NCBI GenBank assembly: GCA_026399375.1
Contig: JAPLRD010000028.1
Coordinates: forward strand, 1,676 to 65,675
DNA: 64,000 nt
Source: Pseudomonadota bacterium
GTDB lineage: Bacteria > Pseudomonadota > Gammaproteobacteria > Burkholderiales > SG8-39
Direction of reading: 5' to 3'
In this document: positions 19,973-29,836 of the stretch, one piece after another
Layout: each line of letters begins with the position of its first letter
How positions within the stretch are numbered: position 1 is the first letter of the stretch
Made by a program: the position numbers and the translations under genes
Notes under the pieces: generated by a model
The model's input: only the letters and a program-made list of their open reading frames with translations
Databases searched by the model: none
What the model was told of the DNA's origin: nothing

Positions 19973-20940
19973 GCCGTGCCTTTGCCCGTGGCCTCATGCA
20001 AGGCGCTCAATACCTCGGACACCTCGGGCACCGCGCCGGTGTCACCCAGATTGCGCACCGGTGCTCCCTGGCCGGCGACCACCCCGGTCAGCCGCGGGTG
20101 GGTGCCGCAATAGATCGCGACCACCGGGCAACCCAGGGCCGCCGCCAGATGGCTGAGGCCCGTATCGACGCCGATCACCGCCTTGGCCCCCGCCAACAAA
20201 CTGGATATGCCGAGGATGCCCTGCGCCGGCGGCACCATAGCCTGTGGCAGAGAGCGCGCGATGCGCTCGCTGCGGGCACGCTCCGCGGCATTGCCCCAGG
20301 GCAGAATCGCGGCCTGGCCCTGTCGCTCGAGTTCATGTCCCAGCCGCTCCCAGGACGATTCCGGCCAGAGTTTCCCGGTGCTGCTGGTCGCGTGCAGCAG
20401 CACGCAATAGGGCTTATCCGTGATCGGCGCTCCGCCCGGGGGCAATTCGATGCCGTAATCGAGCGCTGCCGGCGGCTCGTAACCCAGCGCCAGCGCGGCC
20501 AGGCGCCGGTTGCGCACGACCGCATGCAGATCGCGCGGCACCGCATGAACGACGTCATAGAACTTCGCCGCCAGCGGCTCGCGCGCACTCGCCGCGCCAT
20601 AGCCGTGGCGCGGGCCCGAGGCGAACCGAGACAGAAGCGCGCTCTTGATCAGCCCCTGGGTATCGATCACGCAATCGTAGTGCACGCCCGAAAGTGTTTG
20701 GCGAAACCGGCCGAATTCGTGCCAGTGGGCCGGATTGAGCAGGTTGCTTCGCCAGCGCCGCACCGCCACCGGAATCGCCAGGCGCACCCCCGGATGCATG
20801 CCGGCGATGTCGCGATAGGCCTCCTCCACCACCCAATCGATCTTCGCGTCGGGAAACCGCGCGCGGATGTCGCTCACCACCGGCAGGTTGTGCACGACGT
20901 CGCCCAGGGAAGACGTCTTGATGAGCAGAATATTGGGCAT
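19969..20940 (-). CDS. waaC: LPS heptosyltransferase I (GT9)
   Basis: 323 aa. The blocks ILLIKTSSLGDVVHNLPVVSD, IDWVVEE, IPVAVRRWR and VIDTQGLIKSA align with E. coli WaaC. The start has a 4-nt overlap with waaA. Confidence 0.85.
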   Translation of the reverse strand: MPNILLIKTSSLGDVVHNLPVVSDIRARFPDAKIDWVVEEAYRDIAGMHPGVRLAIPVAVRRWRSNLLNPAHWHEFGRFRQTLSGVHYDCVIDTQGLIKSALLSRFASGPRHGYGAASAREPLAAKFYDVVHAVPRDLHAVVRNRRLAALALGYEPPAALDYGIELPPGGAPITDKPYCVLLHATSSTGKLWPESSWERLGHELERQGQAAILPWGNAAERARSERIARSLPQAMVPPAQGILGISSLLAGAKAVIGVDTGLSHLAAALGCPVVAIYCGTHPRLTGVVAGQGAPVRNLGDTGAVPEVSEVLSALHEATGKGTA

Positions 20941-20964
20941 GGCAGAGGGAAAGAGGGGCTGGCC

Positions 20965-20993
20965 TTGTTAGAATAGCTGCAACGAATTATAAG
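20965..20993 (+). promoter_or_regulatory. Candidate sigma70 promoter TTGTTA-N17-TATAAG for the long plus-strand glycan operon
   Basis: The hexamers and 17-nt spacer were read directly in the waaC/asnB-like divergent spacer, about 75 nt upstream of ATG 21070. Confidence 0.4.
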
Positions 20994-21069
20994 GCGTGTG
21001 CAGCGACGAAAACTCCGGACTCGAGATGCACACCGTCCCTTCCAACAATTGGTGGCCTAATCACACCAT

Positions 21070-22941
21070 ATGTGCGGCATTATAGGCGTCGCTTCCCGAA
21101 CCGCCGTTTCCGACCGTGGCTGGCTGGCCGCGGGCCGTGATGCTATGCGCCACCGGGGCCCGGACGACGCGGGCGAGTGGTGGTCGGCGGACGCCTGTGC
21201 CGGCCTGGGCCACCGGCGATTATCTATCATCGATCTTTCCCCTGGCGGGCATCAGCCTATGCAGGACGCCGGCGGCGGCACGTGCATCGTCTTCAACGGC
21301 GAGATTTACAACTTTGCCGACCTGCGCGGCGAGTTGATGGCCGAGGGCCACGCCTTTTCCACGCAGAGCGATACCGAAGTAATACTGGCCGCCTATCGCG
21401 AGTGGGGTACCGAATGCCTGTCGCGCCTGAACGGTATGTTTGCCTTTGCACTCTACGACAGCCGTCGCCGGCTGATTTTTCTGGCGCGCGACCGGGCAGG
21501 AGAGAAGCCGCTGTTCTACTCCCTGACCAATAGCGCACTGCGTTTTGCATCCGAACTCAAGGGACTAATGGCAGACCCGGGGCTGCCGCGCCGCATCGAC
21601 CCCGAAACGCTCGACTGCTACCTCGCCATGGGATATGTGCCGGGTGGGCGCTCGATACTGCAGGGGGTGAATAAGCTGCCGCCGGCACATGCGCTGGTGT
21701 TCGAATTGAATTCCGGCCAGTCGCGCCTCTGGCGCTACTGGCAGTTGCCGGAGCAGAGCGCCTCCGCCGCAAGCGGCGAAATCGATGAAACCGCACTACT
21801 GGATGAGCTTGAAACTTTGCTGGAAGACGCGGTGCGCCGGCAACTGGTCGCCGATGTGCCGGTGGGTGTACTGCTCAGTGGCGGGGTCGATTCGAGCCTG
21901 GTGACGGCCATGGCGGTGCGGACAGCTACCAAGGTCAAGACTTTCACTATCCGCTTTCCCGGTTTTGGCCAGTACGACGAAACCGAGCATGCGCGCCTGA
22001 TCGCCCGGCACTTCGGCACCGAGCACGTGGAACTCGATGCCGCCGAATCCACTGTCGACCTGCTGCCCCTGCTCGCGCGGCAGTTCGACGAGCCGATGGT
22101 GGACTCCTCGATGATTCCCACCTGTCTCGTCAGTCGGCTGGTGCGCGAGCACTGCACTGTGGCGCTGGGTGGCGATGGCGGCGATGAATTGTTCGGCGGC
22201 TATGCCCAATACAATCGCCTGCTCTGGCTGCAGCAGAAACTGGGCGGAATTCCATTGCAGCTGCGACGTACCGTAGCCAACGCAGCCGGAGCCCTGCTTC
22301 CCACGGGTTTCAAGGGTAGCAACTGGTTGCAGGCCTTGAGCGTCGACTTGAAATCGGGCCTGCCGCTGATCCTTTCCCTGTTCGACAGGGGCACCCGGCA
22401 GCGCCTTATGGCGGGACAAAGCGGCTGGGAACCGGTTGCCGAACGCATTCGCGAACAGCGCGTCCCGAAATCAGCCGACCTGCTGCAGCGCGCCACGCGC
22501 ATGGATTTTGGGAACTACCTGGCCGAAGACATCCTGGTGAAAGTGGACCGCGCCAGCATGCTCAATTCGCTGGAGGTGCGCGCGCCCCTCCTGGACTATC
22601 GTCTGATCGAATTCGCTTTCGGCCAAGTGCCCTCGCAGCTGAAGGCGACCGACAGCAGTCGCAAGATTCTGCTGAAAAAATTGGCCCAGCGCATCCTGCC
22701 GCGGCAATTCGACCTGAGACGCAAGCAGGGATTTTCGATTCCCCTGGCATCTTGGCTGCAGTCCGGTCCGTGGAAAGAGTTCTTCCACAGCGTGCTGCTG
22801 GATTCGGAAAGCACCCTGTTCGACCGGAAAGAAACCGGCAGGTTGCTGGCCGGACAGGCAAGGGGCAGGGTGAACAGCGAACGCCTGTTCGCACTGGTGC
22901 TGTTCGAACTCTGGCGGCGGGAATATCGCATCTCAATGTAA
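21070..22941 (+). CDS. Asparagine synthase (glutamine-hydrolysing) family amidotransferase, polysaccharide-associated paralog
   Basis: 623 aa. It has the N-terminal MCGI nucleophile, the GATase-II domain, and the PP-loop VGVLLSGGVDSS. Confidence 0.9.
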   Translation: MCGIIGVASRTAVSDRGWLAAGRDAMRHRGPDDAGEWWSADACAGLGHRRLSIIDLSPGGHQPMQDAGGGTCIVFNGEIYNFADLRGELMAEGHAFSTQSDTEVILAAYREWGTECLSRLNGMFAFALYDSRRRLIFLARDRAGEKPLFYSLTNSALRFASELKGLMADPGLPRRIDPETLDCYLAMGYVPGGRSILQGVNKLPPAHALVFELNSGQSRLWRYWQLPEQSASAASGEIDETALLDELETLLEDAVRRQLVADVPVGVLLSGGVDSSLVTAMAVRTATKVKTFTIRFPGFGQYDETEHARLIARHFGTEHVELDAAESTVDLLPLLARQFDEPMVDSSMIPTCLVSRLVREHCTVALGGDGGDELFGGYAQYNRLLWLQQKLGGIPLQLRRTVANAAGALLPTGFKGSNWLQALSVDLKSGLPLILSLFDRGTRQRLMAGQSGWEPVAERIREQRVPKSADLLQRATRMDFGNYLAEDILVKVDRASMLNSLEVRAPLLDYRLIEFAFGQVPSQLKATDSSRKILLKKLAQRILPRQFDLRRKQGFSIPLASWLQSGPWKEFFHSVLLDSESTLFDRKETGRLLAGQARGRVNSERLFALVLFELWRREYRISM

Positions 22942-22951
22942 TATTGATAGC

Positions 22952-23761
22952 ATGCACACGGAATCCCCCGAAACGCCGCACGACGCCGACCGCTCCCCGT
23001 CCCGCACACCGCTTTCTGTAGTCATCATCACCAGGAACGCCGCCACGCAGCTTGCCGTCTGCCTGGAGAGCGCTTCGTTCGCCGATGAGATGCTGGTGGT
23101 CGATTCGGGATCGAGCGACGGCACCGCCGAACTCGCCGAAAAGCACGGGGCCCGCGTGCTGCAAAAGGTCGAATGGCTGGGCTTCGGACCGCAGAAGCAG
23201 TTCGCGGTCGAGGCCGCGCGCCATGACTGGGTACTATGCCTGGATGCGGACGAACGTGTGAGCGAACGCTTACGTTCGAACATCCTTTCCGCGCTTTCGG
23301 CGCCGTCCGCGCAGGCCTACGCCATGGCGCGCTGCAATCGTTTCATGGGGAGTTGGCTGAAACACGGTGAGGGTTACCCAGACTGGAGCCTGCGCCTGTT
23401 CGACCGCCGCCATGCGCGCTGGAGCCACGACCCGGTGCACGAGAAGGTGCTCACCGACGCACCGGCTGCGCGGATCGAAGGCGATCTCTTACACGACTCG
23501 GCCGAAACCCTGGCCGGCTATCTGGACAAACAGAACCGCTATACCAGCATGCAGGCCGAAGTTCTGTTCCATGCCGGCAAACGCGCCGGCGTGGCGCAAC
23601 TGCTGCTGTCGCCGGCGCTGCGCTTCGTCAAATTCTATTTCCTGCGCCTGGGATTCCTCGACGGCGGGGCCGGACTGGTTCATATCGTCATCGGCTGCTG
23701 CAATAGCTTCCATAAATACGCTAAGCTGATGGCGCTGCAGCAAAATAAAGACCGATTGTGA
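22952..23761 (+). CDS. Glycosyltransferase family 2 (LPS-core WaaE/KdtX-like)
   Basis: 269 aa. The motifs LSVVIITRNAA..., VVDSGSSDGT and LDADERV form a GT-A DxD architecture. Confidence 0.85.
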   Translation: MHTESPETPHDADRSPSRTPLSVVIITRNAATQLAVCLESASFADEMLVVDSGSSDGTAELAEKHGARVLQKVEWLGFGPQKQFAVEAARHDWVLCLDADERVSERLRSNILSALSAPSAQAYAMARCNRFMGSWLKHGEGYPDWSLRLFDRRHARWSHDPVHEKVLTDAPAARIEGDLLHDSAETLAGYLDKQNRYTSMQAEVLFHAGKRAGVAQLLLSPALRFVKFYFLRLGFLDGGAGLVHIVIGCCNSFHKYAKLMALQQNKDRL

Positions 23762-24309
23762 AAATCACGCATACCGACCTGCAGGGCGTAGTCGTGGTCG
23801 AAACGTCGCCCTACATCGATCATCGCGGGGCGTTCGCCTGCTTATACGACAAGCGCGACCTGGAGGCCGCAATCGGCGGACGACGCATCGTGCAAATCAA
23901 CCATTCGCGCACCAGCGCGGTCGGAACGGTACGCGGCATGCACTTTCAATATCCGCCGCACGCCGAGATAAAAATGGTGCGCTGCCTGCGCGGACGGGTA
24001 TGGGATGTTGCAGTCGATCTGCGCGCCGGATCGTCCACCTTTTTGCGCTGGCATGCGCTGGAACTCGCGCCGGACAATGCGCGCATGCTGGTCGTGCCGG
24101 AGGGTTGCGCCCACGGCTTCCAGGTGCTGGAGCCCGAGAGTGAGCTGCTGTATCTTCACACCGCCCTCTATGCACCGGAGGCCGAAAGCGGCGTTTCCTG
24201 CAATGATTCGCGCCTGGGCATCGCATGGCCCCTTCCGGTCGAAGGCCTGTCGCTTCGCGATCTCGGCTTTCCGCCGCTCGATGTCAATTTTTCGGGAATT
24301 GCAGCATGA
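23758..24309 (+). CDS. NDP-4-keto-6-deoxyhexose 3,5-epimerase-like cupin (RmlC family)
   Basis: 183 aa from a GTG start overlapping the upstream stop. RmlC blocks are HRGAF, RGMHFQ, K.VRC..G.VWDVAVDLR..S.TF and P.GCAHGF. Confidence 0.8.
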   Translation: MKITHTDLQGVVVVETSPYIDHRGAFACLYDKRDLEAAIGGRRIVQINHSRTSAVGTVRGMHFQYPPHAEIKMVRCLRGRVWDVAVDLRAGSSTFLRWHALELAPDNARMLVVPEGCAHGFQVLEPESELLYLHTALYAPEAESGVSCNDSRLGIAWPLPVEGLSLRDLGFPPLDVNFSGIAA

Positions 24310-25532
24310 ATTGCCGCCATTGTTACACCCCGCTGGACCAGACTTTCCTGGACCTCGGCTTCGCGCCGCCGTCCAACGCCTACCTGAGCGCTGCCGATCT
24401 GCGGGCGCCGGAACGCTACTACCCGCTCAAACTCTACGTCTGCACCCATTGCTGGCTGGTGCAGACCGAAGACTACGCACAGGCGAACGAACTCTTCAGT
24501 CAGGACTACGCCTACTTTTCCTCCGTATCTCAGACTTGGGTGGATCACGCCGCGCATTACGCGAACATGATCAGCGCGCGCCTCGGCCTGGGAAAGAAAA
24601 GCTTCGTCATCGAGGTCGCGGCCAACGACGGCTACCTGCTGAAGAATTTCGTTGCAGCCGGCATTCCCTGCCTCGGCATCGAGCCTACCGCCAGCACCGC
24701 TGCCGCTGCGGAAAAACTGGGCATACCCATCGTGCGCGAGTTCTTCGGCCAGGCGCTGGCGGAGCGACTCGCCGCCGTCGGGAAGAAAGCCGACCTCATC
24801 GCCGGCAACAACGTCTACGCGCACGTGCCCGACATCAACGACTTCACCGCCGGGCTCAGGGCCGCGTTGAAACCCGGCGGCACCATCACCCTCGAATTCA
24901 CCCACCTCATGCGCCTGATCGAACACACGCTGTTCGATACCGTGTATCACGAGCATTTCTCCTATTTCTCGTTGCATGCAGTCGACCAGATCTTTACCAG
25001 CGCCGGCCTGCGCGTGTTCGACGTGGAGGAACTGCCCACCCAAGGCGGAAGCTTGCGCATCTATGGTTGCCACGCGGGCGACGCACGTGCCACGACCCCG
25101 GCGGTCGCCGCCGTGCTGGCGGAGGAAATACGCCGCGGCCTAGATCAGGTTGCGCTCTACCGCGAGTTTCAGCCGCGCGCCGACCGGGTGAAAAATACAT
25201 TACTCGCCTTTCTGCTCGAGCAAAAGCGCGCCGGCAAGCGCGTCGCCGCCTATGGTGCCGCAGCCAAGGGCAATACGCTGCTCAATTACGCCGGGGTCAA
25301 GCCCGACCTGCTTCCCTTTGTCTGCGACGCCGCGCCGTCCAAGCAGGGTAAATTCCTGCCGGGCGCGCATATCCCGATCCTCCCACCCGCCGCGCTGAGG
25401 GAGCACCGGCCGGACGTGGTGCTGATCCTGCCCTGGAACATTGCCGAGGAGGTGGTGTCGCAGCACGGCTATGTGCGAGACTGGGGCGGACGCTTCGTCG
25501 TCGCCGTGCCGGAACTGCGGGACGTCGCATGA
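24306..25532 (+). CDS. NDP-hexose C-methyltransferase (TylCIII/EvaC-like; zinc ribbon, SAM MTase and C-terminal C-MT domains)
   Basis: The start is an ATGA overlap. The N-terminal Cys pairs are CRHC...CTHC. The SAM fold is VIEVAANDGYLL, and the C-terminal domain includes AAYGAAAKGNTLLNY. Confidence 0.8.
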   Translation: MNCRHCYTPLDQTFLDLGFAPPSNAYLSAADLRAPERYYPLKLYVCTHCWLVQTEDYAQANELFSQDYAYFSSVSQTWVDHAAHYANMISARLGLGKKSFVIEVAANDGYLLKNFVAAGIPCLGIEPTASTAAAAEKLGIPIVREFFGQALAERLAAVGKKADLIAGNNVYAHVPDINDFTAGLRAALKPGGTITLEFTHLMRLIEHTLFDTVYHEHFSYFSLHAVDQIFTSAGLRVFDVEELPTQGGSLRIYGCHAGDARATTPAVAAVLAEEIRRGLDQVALYREFQPRADRVKNTLLAFLLEQKRAGKRVAAYGAAAKGNTLLNYAGVKPDLLPFVCDAAPSKQGKFLPGAHIPILPPAALREHRPDVVLILPWNIAEEVVSQHGYVRDWGGRFVVAVPELRDVA

Positions 25533-26377
25533 AAGTGCTGGTGACAGGCGCCACCGGCTTCGTCGGCCGCCACGTCGTCGCGCGCCTGCTGGCGCGCGGG
25601 CACGAAGTGATCGCTGTTTCCCGCGACGAGGCCAAAGCGCGCAAATTCGCCTGGTTCGAGCGCGTGCGCTTCGTCGCCTGCGACATCCACGCCCAAGCCG
25701 GCAACCCGGTCGAACGTTTCGGACATCCGCAGGCGGTCATGCACCTCGCCTGGCCCGGGTTGCCGAACTACGGCGCTCTGTTTCATCACGAAACGACCCT
25801 GCCCGCGGATTACCGTTTTCTCAAATCACTGGTGCTGGGCGGGGTTGGCCATCTGCTGGTGACCGGAACCTGCTTCGAATACGGCAAGCCAAGCGGCGCC
25901 CTGAGCGAAGACCTACCGACCGCCCCGGCCAATCCCTACGCTCTCGCCAAGGACACGCTGCGAAAGCAGTTGCAATCACTGGGGCGACAGCATGCGTTCA
26001 CCCTGCAATGGGCGCGACTGTTCTACATGTACGGCGAAGGACAAAGTTCCAACAGTCTGCTGGCACAACTCGATCGGGCCATCGACAGTCGGGAAGCCGT
26101 GTTCAATATGTCAGGCGGCGAACAGTTGCGCGACTACCTCCCGGTGGACGAGGTCGCCGCGCGCTGCGTGACCCTGCTCGAGCATCCAAGCTGCGACGGC
26201 GTGGTCAATATTTGCAGCGGCGAACCGATTTCGGTGCGCCGCCTGGCCGAACGACACCTGGCGAATCGCGGTGCCAAGATCCGCTTGAATCTTGGTCACT
26301 ACCCCTACTCCAGCGAAGAGCCGATGGCGTTCTGGGGCGATGCCAGCCGTCTGGCGGCGATTTTGCCGAAGTTATGA
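25529..26377 (+). CDS. NAD(P)-dependent sugar epimerase/reductase (extended SDR), probable 4-ketoreductase
   Basis: The Rossmann motif is MKVLVTGATGFVGRHVV, with YALAK as the catalytic YxxxK. The start is an ATGA overlap. Confidence 0.8.
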   Translation: MKVLVTGATGFVGRHVVARLLARGHEVIAVSRDEAKARKFAWFERVRFVACDIHAQAGNPVERFGHPQAVMHLAWPGLPNYGALFHHETTLPADYRFLKSLVLGGVGHLLVTGTCFEYGKPSGALSEDLPTAPANPYALAKDTLRKQLQSLGRQHAFTLQWARLFYMYGEGQSSNSLLAQLDRAIDSREAVFNMSGGEQLRDYLPVDEVAARCVTLLEHPSCDGVVNICSGEPISVRRLAERHLANRGAKIRLNLGHYPYSSEEPMAFWGDASRLAAILPKL

Positions 26378-27435
26378 CACAGCGCGAACTATTCAGAGCG
26401 GAACGGCTCCCAGTACTGCAAAACCGGGTGTTCGCCACCGCCGCCGAAGCGCGCACTAGCGCGACCGGAGATGTCGACCTTGTCCAGGACATGGATACCG
26501 GACTGATATTCAATTCGACCTTCGACCCGGGAAAGCTCGCGTACGACCGGAACTATCAGAACGAACAGGCGTGTTCCAGCGTGTTCCAGAAACACCTAGA
26601 TTCCGTGACCGAGATCATCCATCGTCATTTTCATGCCCAGTCCCTGATCGAGGTGGGCTGCGGCAAGGGTTATTTTCTCGACCACCTGCAGGCGCGCGGA
26701 TACGAGGTCACGGGCATAGACCCGGCCTACGAAGGCAGCAACCCCGGCGTGGTGAAGGCGCACTTCGAACGCGGCCTGGGACTCTCAGCCGACGCAATCA
26801 TATTGCGCCACGTGCTGGAGCACGTGCCCGATCCGATGTCGTTTCTGTCGAGCATCGCCGAGGCCAACGCGGGGAAGGGCAAGATCTATATCGAGGTGCC
26901 GTGTTTCGACTGGATCTGCCGCCGCCGCGCCTGGTTCGACGTGTTCTACGAGCACGTCAATTATTTCCGCATGAGGGATTTCGAGCACATGTTCGGTGAC
27001 ATCGCGGAAAGCGGGCATGTTTTCGGCGAACAGTATCTCTACGTTGTCGCCGACTTGTCGAGTTTGCGCAGCCCCCGCTGCGACCAATCCCGCGGGCTGG
27101 ACTTTCCCGATGATTTCCTCGGCGGCATAGCACGGCTTGCCGCCGTCGCGCACAATGGCAGCCGCAATGCAATTTGGGGAGCAGCGTCGAAAGGCGTCAT
27201 TTTCGCCGTCTACATGCAGCGCGCCGGCGCCGCATTCGAGTTCGTGATCGACATCAATCCGGTAAAACACGGCAAATACCTGCCCGGGAGCGGGCTGTGC
27301 GTGATGCCGCCGGCGAAGGCGATGCAGCTGTTGCCGCCGGGAAACAATATTTTCGTGATGAATTCGAATTATCTGGATGAAATCATCGCCCAGTCGGGCA
27401 ATCAATATCGATACTGCGAAGTGGACCATGAATAA
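26374..27435 (+). CDS. Class I SAM methyltransferase with a C-methyltransferase-type C-terminal domain (paralog of 24306-25532 lacking the zinc ribbon)
   Basis: The start is an ATGA overlap. The SAM motif is LIEVGCGKGYFLD, and the C-terminal block is IWGAASKGVIF...INP.K.GKY.PG. The upstream 311 aa of the 664-aa track ORF are an out-of-frame shadow of the SDR gene. Confidence 0.75.
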   Translation: MTQRELFRAERLPVLQNRVFATAAEARTSATGDVDLVQDMDTGLIFNSTFDPGKLAYDRNYQNEQACSSVFQKHLDSVTEIIHRHFHAQSLIEVGCGKGYFLDHLQARGYEVTGIDPAYEGSNPGVVKAHFERGLGLSADAIILRHVLEHVPDPMSFLSSIAEANAGKGKIYIEVPCFDWICRRRAWFDVFYEHVNYFRMRDFEHMFGDIAESGHVFGEQYLYVVADLSSLRSPRCDQSRGLDFPDDFLGGIARLAAVAHNGSRNAIWGAASKGVIFAVYMQRAGAAFEFVIDINPVKHGKYLPGSGLCVMPPAKAMQLLPPGNNIFVMNSNYLDEIIAQSGNQYRYCEVDHE

Positions 27436-28234
27436 TTTCGAGCACGAAATCGAAACCCGCGTCGAAGCCAACGCCGGCAATGGGCAGTTGCAAGCCGACG
27501 CCCGCGCGCTGCTGCTGTCCTCGATCGCGGCGAAATATTCCTACAACTTCACCTGGCTGTCGCGGCCGGTGATCCAGTATCCGCAGGACATGGTGGCGAT
27601 GCAGGAACTCATCTGGCGGGTGAAGCCCGACCTGATCGTCGAGACCGGCATCGCCCACGGCGGCTCGCTCGTTCTCTCCGCCTCCATGCTGGCCCTGCTG
27701 GATTATTGCGAAGCGGTCGAATCCGGGAAACCGCTGGACCCGCGCGCGACGCGGCGGCGCGTGCTCGGAATAGACATCGACATCCGCCCGCACAATCGCG
27801 CCGCCATCGAACAGCATCCCCTGGCGCACCGCATCGACATGATCCAGGGCTCCTCGATCGCCGCTGAAATCATCGCGCAGGTGCATGCCTACGCCAGAGG
27901 CTACCAGCGCATCCTGGTCTGCCTCGATTCCAACCACACGCACGAACATGTGCTGGCCGAACTCGAAGCCTATGCGCCCCTCGTCAGCCCGGACAGCTAC
28001 TGCGTTGCGTTCGACACCGTGGTCGAGGACCTGCCCGACGCCATGTTTCCGGATCGGCCCTGGGGCCAGGGCGACAACCCGAAGACCGCGGTGCGGGAAT
28101 ATTTGCGCCGCATCCGGGCGGAAGGGCGCAGGGCCGCCGACGGTTCGCCGCTTGAATTCGAAATCGACAAGACGATGGACAACAAGCTGTTGATCACCGT
28201 GGCGCCGGATGGGTATCTCAAGCGCACACATTGA
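27428..28234 (+). CDS. CmcI (cephalosporin hydroxylase) family methyltransferase, probable sugar O-methyltransferase
   Basis: The blocks YSYNFTWLSRPVIQYPQDMVAMQELIW..KPDLIVETGIAHGGS are the hallmark CmcI-family sequences. The start was chosen at MNNFEHE. Confidence 0.75.
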   Translation: MNNFEHEIETRVEANAGNGQLQADARALLLSSIAAKYSYNFTWLSRPVIQYPQDMVAMQELIWRVKPDLIVETGIAHGGSLVLSASMLALLDYCEAVESGKPLDPRATRRRVLGIDIDIRPHNRAAIEQHPLAHRIDMIQGSSIAAEIIAQVHAYARGYQRILVCLDSNHTHEHVLAELEAYAPLVSPDSYCVAFDTVVEDLPDAMFPDRPWGQGDNPKTAVREYLRRIRAEGRRAADGSPLEFEIDKTMDNKLLITVAPDGYLKRTH

Positions 28235-28294
28235 GGCGAACGCAATTCTTTCTTGCATGGCGATCCGACCGTTGAGCCGGGGCAGGAAATCCGC

Positions 28295-29818
28295 GTGCCT
28301 TCGGTAAGACTGAACACGGCGGCGAACCTGTCCGCACGCGTGTGGACCGCTCTGGTGCATCTCGCGTTCGTGCCGCTGTACGTGCGCTATCTCGGCATCG
28401 AGGCCTACGGGCTGATCGGCGTGTTCACTTCGCTGCTGGCGCTGTTCGCCCTGCTCGACCTGGGACTGAGCACCACGCTCAACCGCGAACTGGCGCGGAT
28501 TTCGGCCGATACCGGGGCCGCGACCAGGGCACGCGACCTGCTGCGCACACTGGAGGTGATCTACTGGCCGGTGGCCCTGCTGATCGGCATCGGCGTCGCG
28601 CTGGCAGCGCCCTTCGTCGCCCACGACTGGGTAAGAGTCGACAAGCTCGAGCTTGCGACGGTACAAACCGCCGTCATCCTGATGGGCCTGACCATAGGGC
28701 TGCAATGGCCCGCATCGCTCTACTCAGGCGGGCTCATGGGGCTGCAGCGCCAGGTGCTGCTGGGCGGCATCAACGCCGGGGTGGCGACGCTGCGCGCGGT
28801 CGGTGCCGTCCTCGTGCTGGCATATTATGACGCGACCATAGAAGCCTTCTTCTACTGGCAGGCGGCGGCAAGCGCAGTGCAGACCATCGCCACCGGCGCC
28901 GCCCTGTGGCTGAGATTGCCGCCAAGCGGCGTGGCATCGCGTTTCCGCCGCAACATACTGACCGAGATATGGCGTCTCGCCGCCGGCATGGCCGCCATTT
29001 CGGCGCTGGGCGTGGTTCTCACCCAGCTGGACAAGGTGATTCTGGTCAAGCTGCTGCCCCTGGCGGAATTCGGCTACTACAGCCTGGCCTGGACCGTCGC
29101 CACCGGCCTGTATTTTCTGATCGCCCCCCTGTTCACGGCGCTGTTTCCGCGTTTGACCCAACTGGCGGCGCAGCAGGACGACGCGGGCCTGCGCCGGCTG
29201 TATCACGAGGGCTGTCAATGGATGTCGGTGATCCTGCTGCCGGTCGCGGTGGTGATCGCCCTGTTCTCGACCGAATTGATGCGGCTGTGGACCGGCGATG
29301 CGGTGCTGGCGGAGCGCAGCCACGTATTGCTGAGTTTGCTCATCGTCGGCACCGCTTTGAACGGGCTGATGAGCCTGCCCTCGGCGCTACAACTCGCCTA
29401 CGGCTGGACAAGCCTGGGTATCGCCTCTAACCTTGTCGCAGTGGCGACGCTGGTACCCCTGATATTCGTTCTGACTTCCCGTTTCGGCGCGACCGGAGGC
29501 GCGGCCGCATGGGTGATACTCAACGGCGCTTACGTGTTGATCACGCTGCCGCTGATGCATCGCAGGATTCTGCGCGGCGAGCAATGGCGCTGGTACGGTA
29601 TCGACGTCGCCTTGCCGCTGGTTGCGGCGCTGGGCGCAGCGGGAGCCTGCAAGATGCTGTTCGAGCTTCTACGGTTGCAAACCCTGCAGCGGCCCGGCTT
29701 GCTGGTCTTTCTGGCGGCGACAGGCTTGTTCACCGCCATGGCTGCCTCTGCCGCCGCGCCCATAGTGCGCGCGCGCCTGGCCGGGACCCTGTTCGGCAAC
29801 GTGAAGCAGGGCGGTTAA
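28295..29818 (+). CDS. Polysaccharide flippase (Wzx / MOP superfamily)
   Basis: Multi-TM protein. The N-terminus is typical (NLSARVWTALVHLAFVPLYVRYLGIEAYGLIGVF). The GTG start at 28295 has an AGGA 7 nt upstream; the track start is TTG 28253. Confidence 0.8.
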   Translation: MPSVRLNTAANLSARVWTALVHLAFVPLYVRYLGIEAYGLIGVFTSLLALFALLDLGLSTTLNRELARISADTGAATRARDLLRTLEVIYWPVALLIGIGVALAAPFVAHDWVRVDKLELATVQTAVILMGLTIGLQWPASLYSGGLMGLQRQVLLGGINAGVATLRAVGAVLVLAYYDATIEAFFYWQAAASAVQTIATGAALWLRLPPSGVASRFRRNILTEIWRLAAGMAAISALGVVLTQLDKVILVKLLPLAEFGYYSLAWTVATGLYFLIAPLFTALFPRLTQLAAQQDDAGLRRLYHEGCQWMSVILLPVAVVIALFSTELMRLWTGDAVLAERSHVLLSLLIVGTALNGLMSLPSALQLAYGWTSLGIASNLVAVATLVPLIFVLTSRFGATGGAAAWVILNGAYVLITLPLMHRRILRGEQWRWYGIDVALPLVAALGAAGACKMLFELLRLQTLQRPGLLVFLAATGLFTAMAASAAAPIVRARLAGTLFGNVKQGG

Positions 29819-29836
29819 GCTCATTCTGGAATTGCA

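Noticed and set aside
20941-21069. A search for an ops/JUMPStart element (GGCGGTAG) in the leader of the long glycan operon.
   Set aside because: No match was found. The closest string is AAGGCGTGTG, so RfaH-type antitermination cannot be inferred from this sequence.
25441-26373. The first 311 aa of the 664-aa ORF 25441-27435, read as a possible large fusion protein.
   Set aside because: This part is an out-of-frame, Arg/Pro/Gly-rich shadow of the well-supported SDR gene (25529-26377). Real homology begins at the ATG at 26374, which overlaps the SDR stop.
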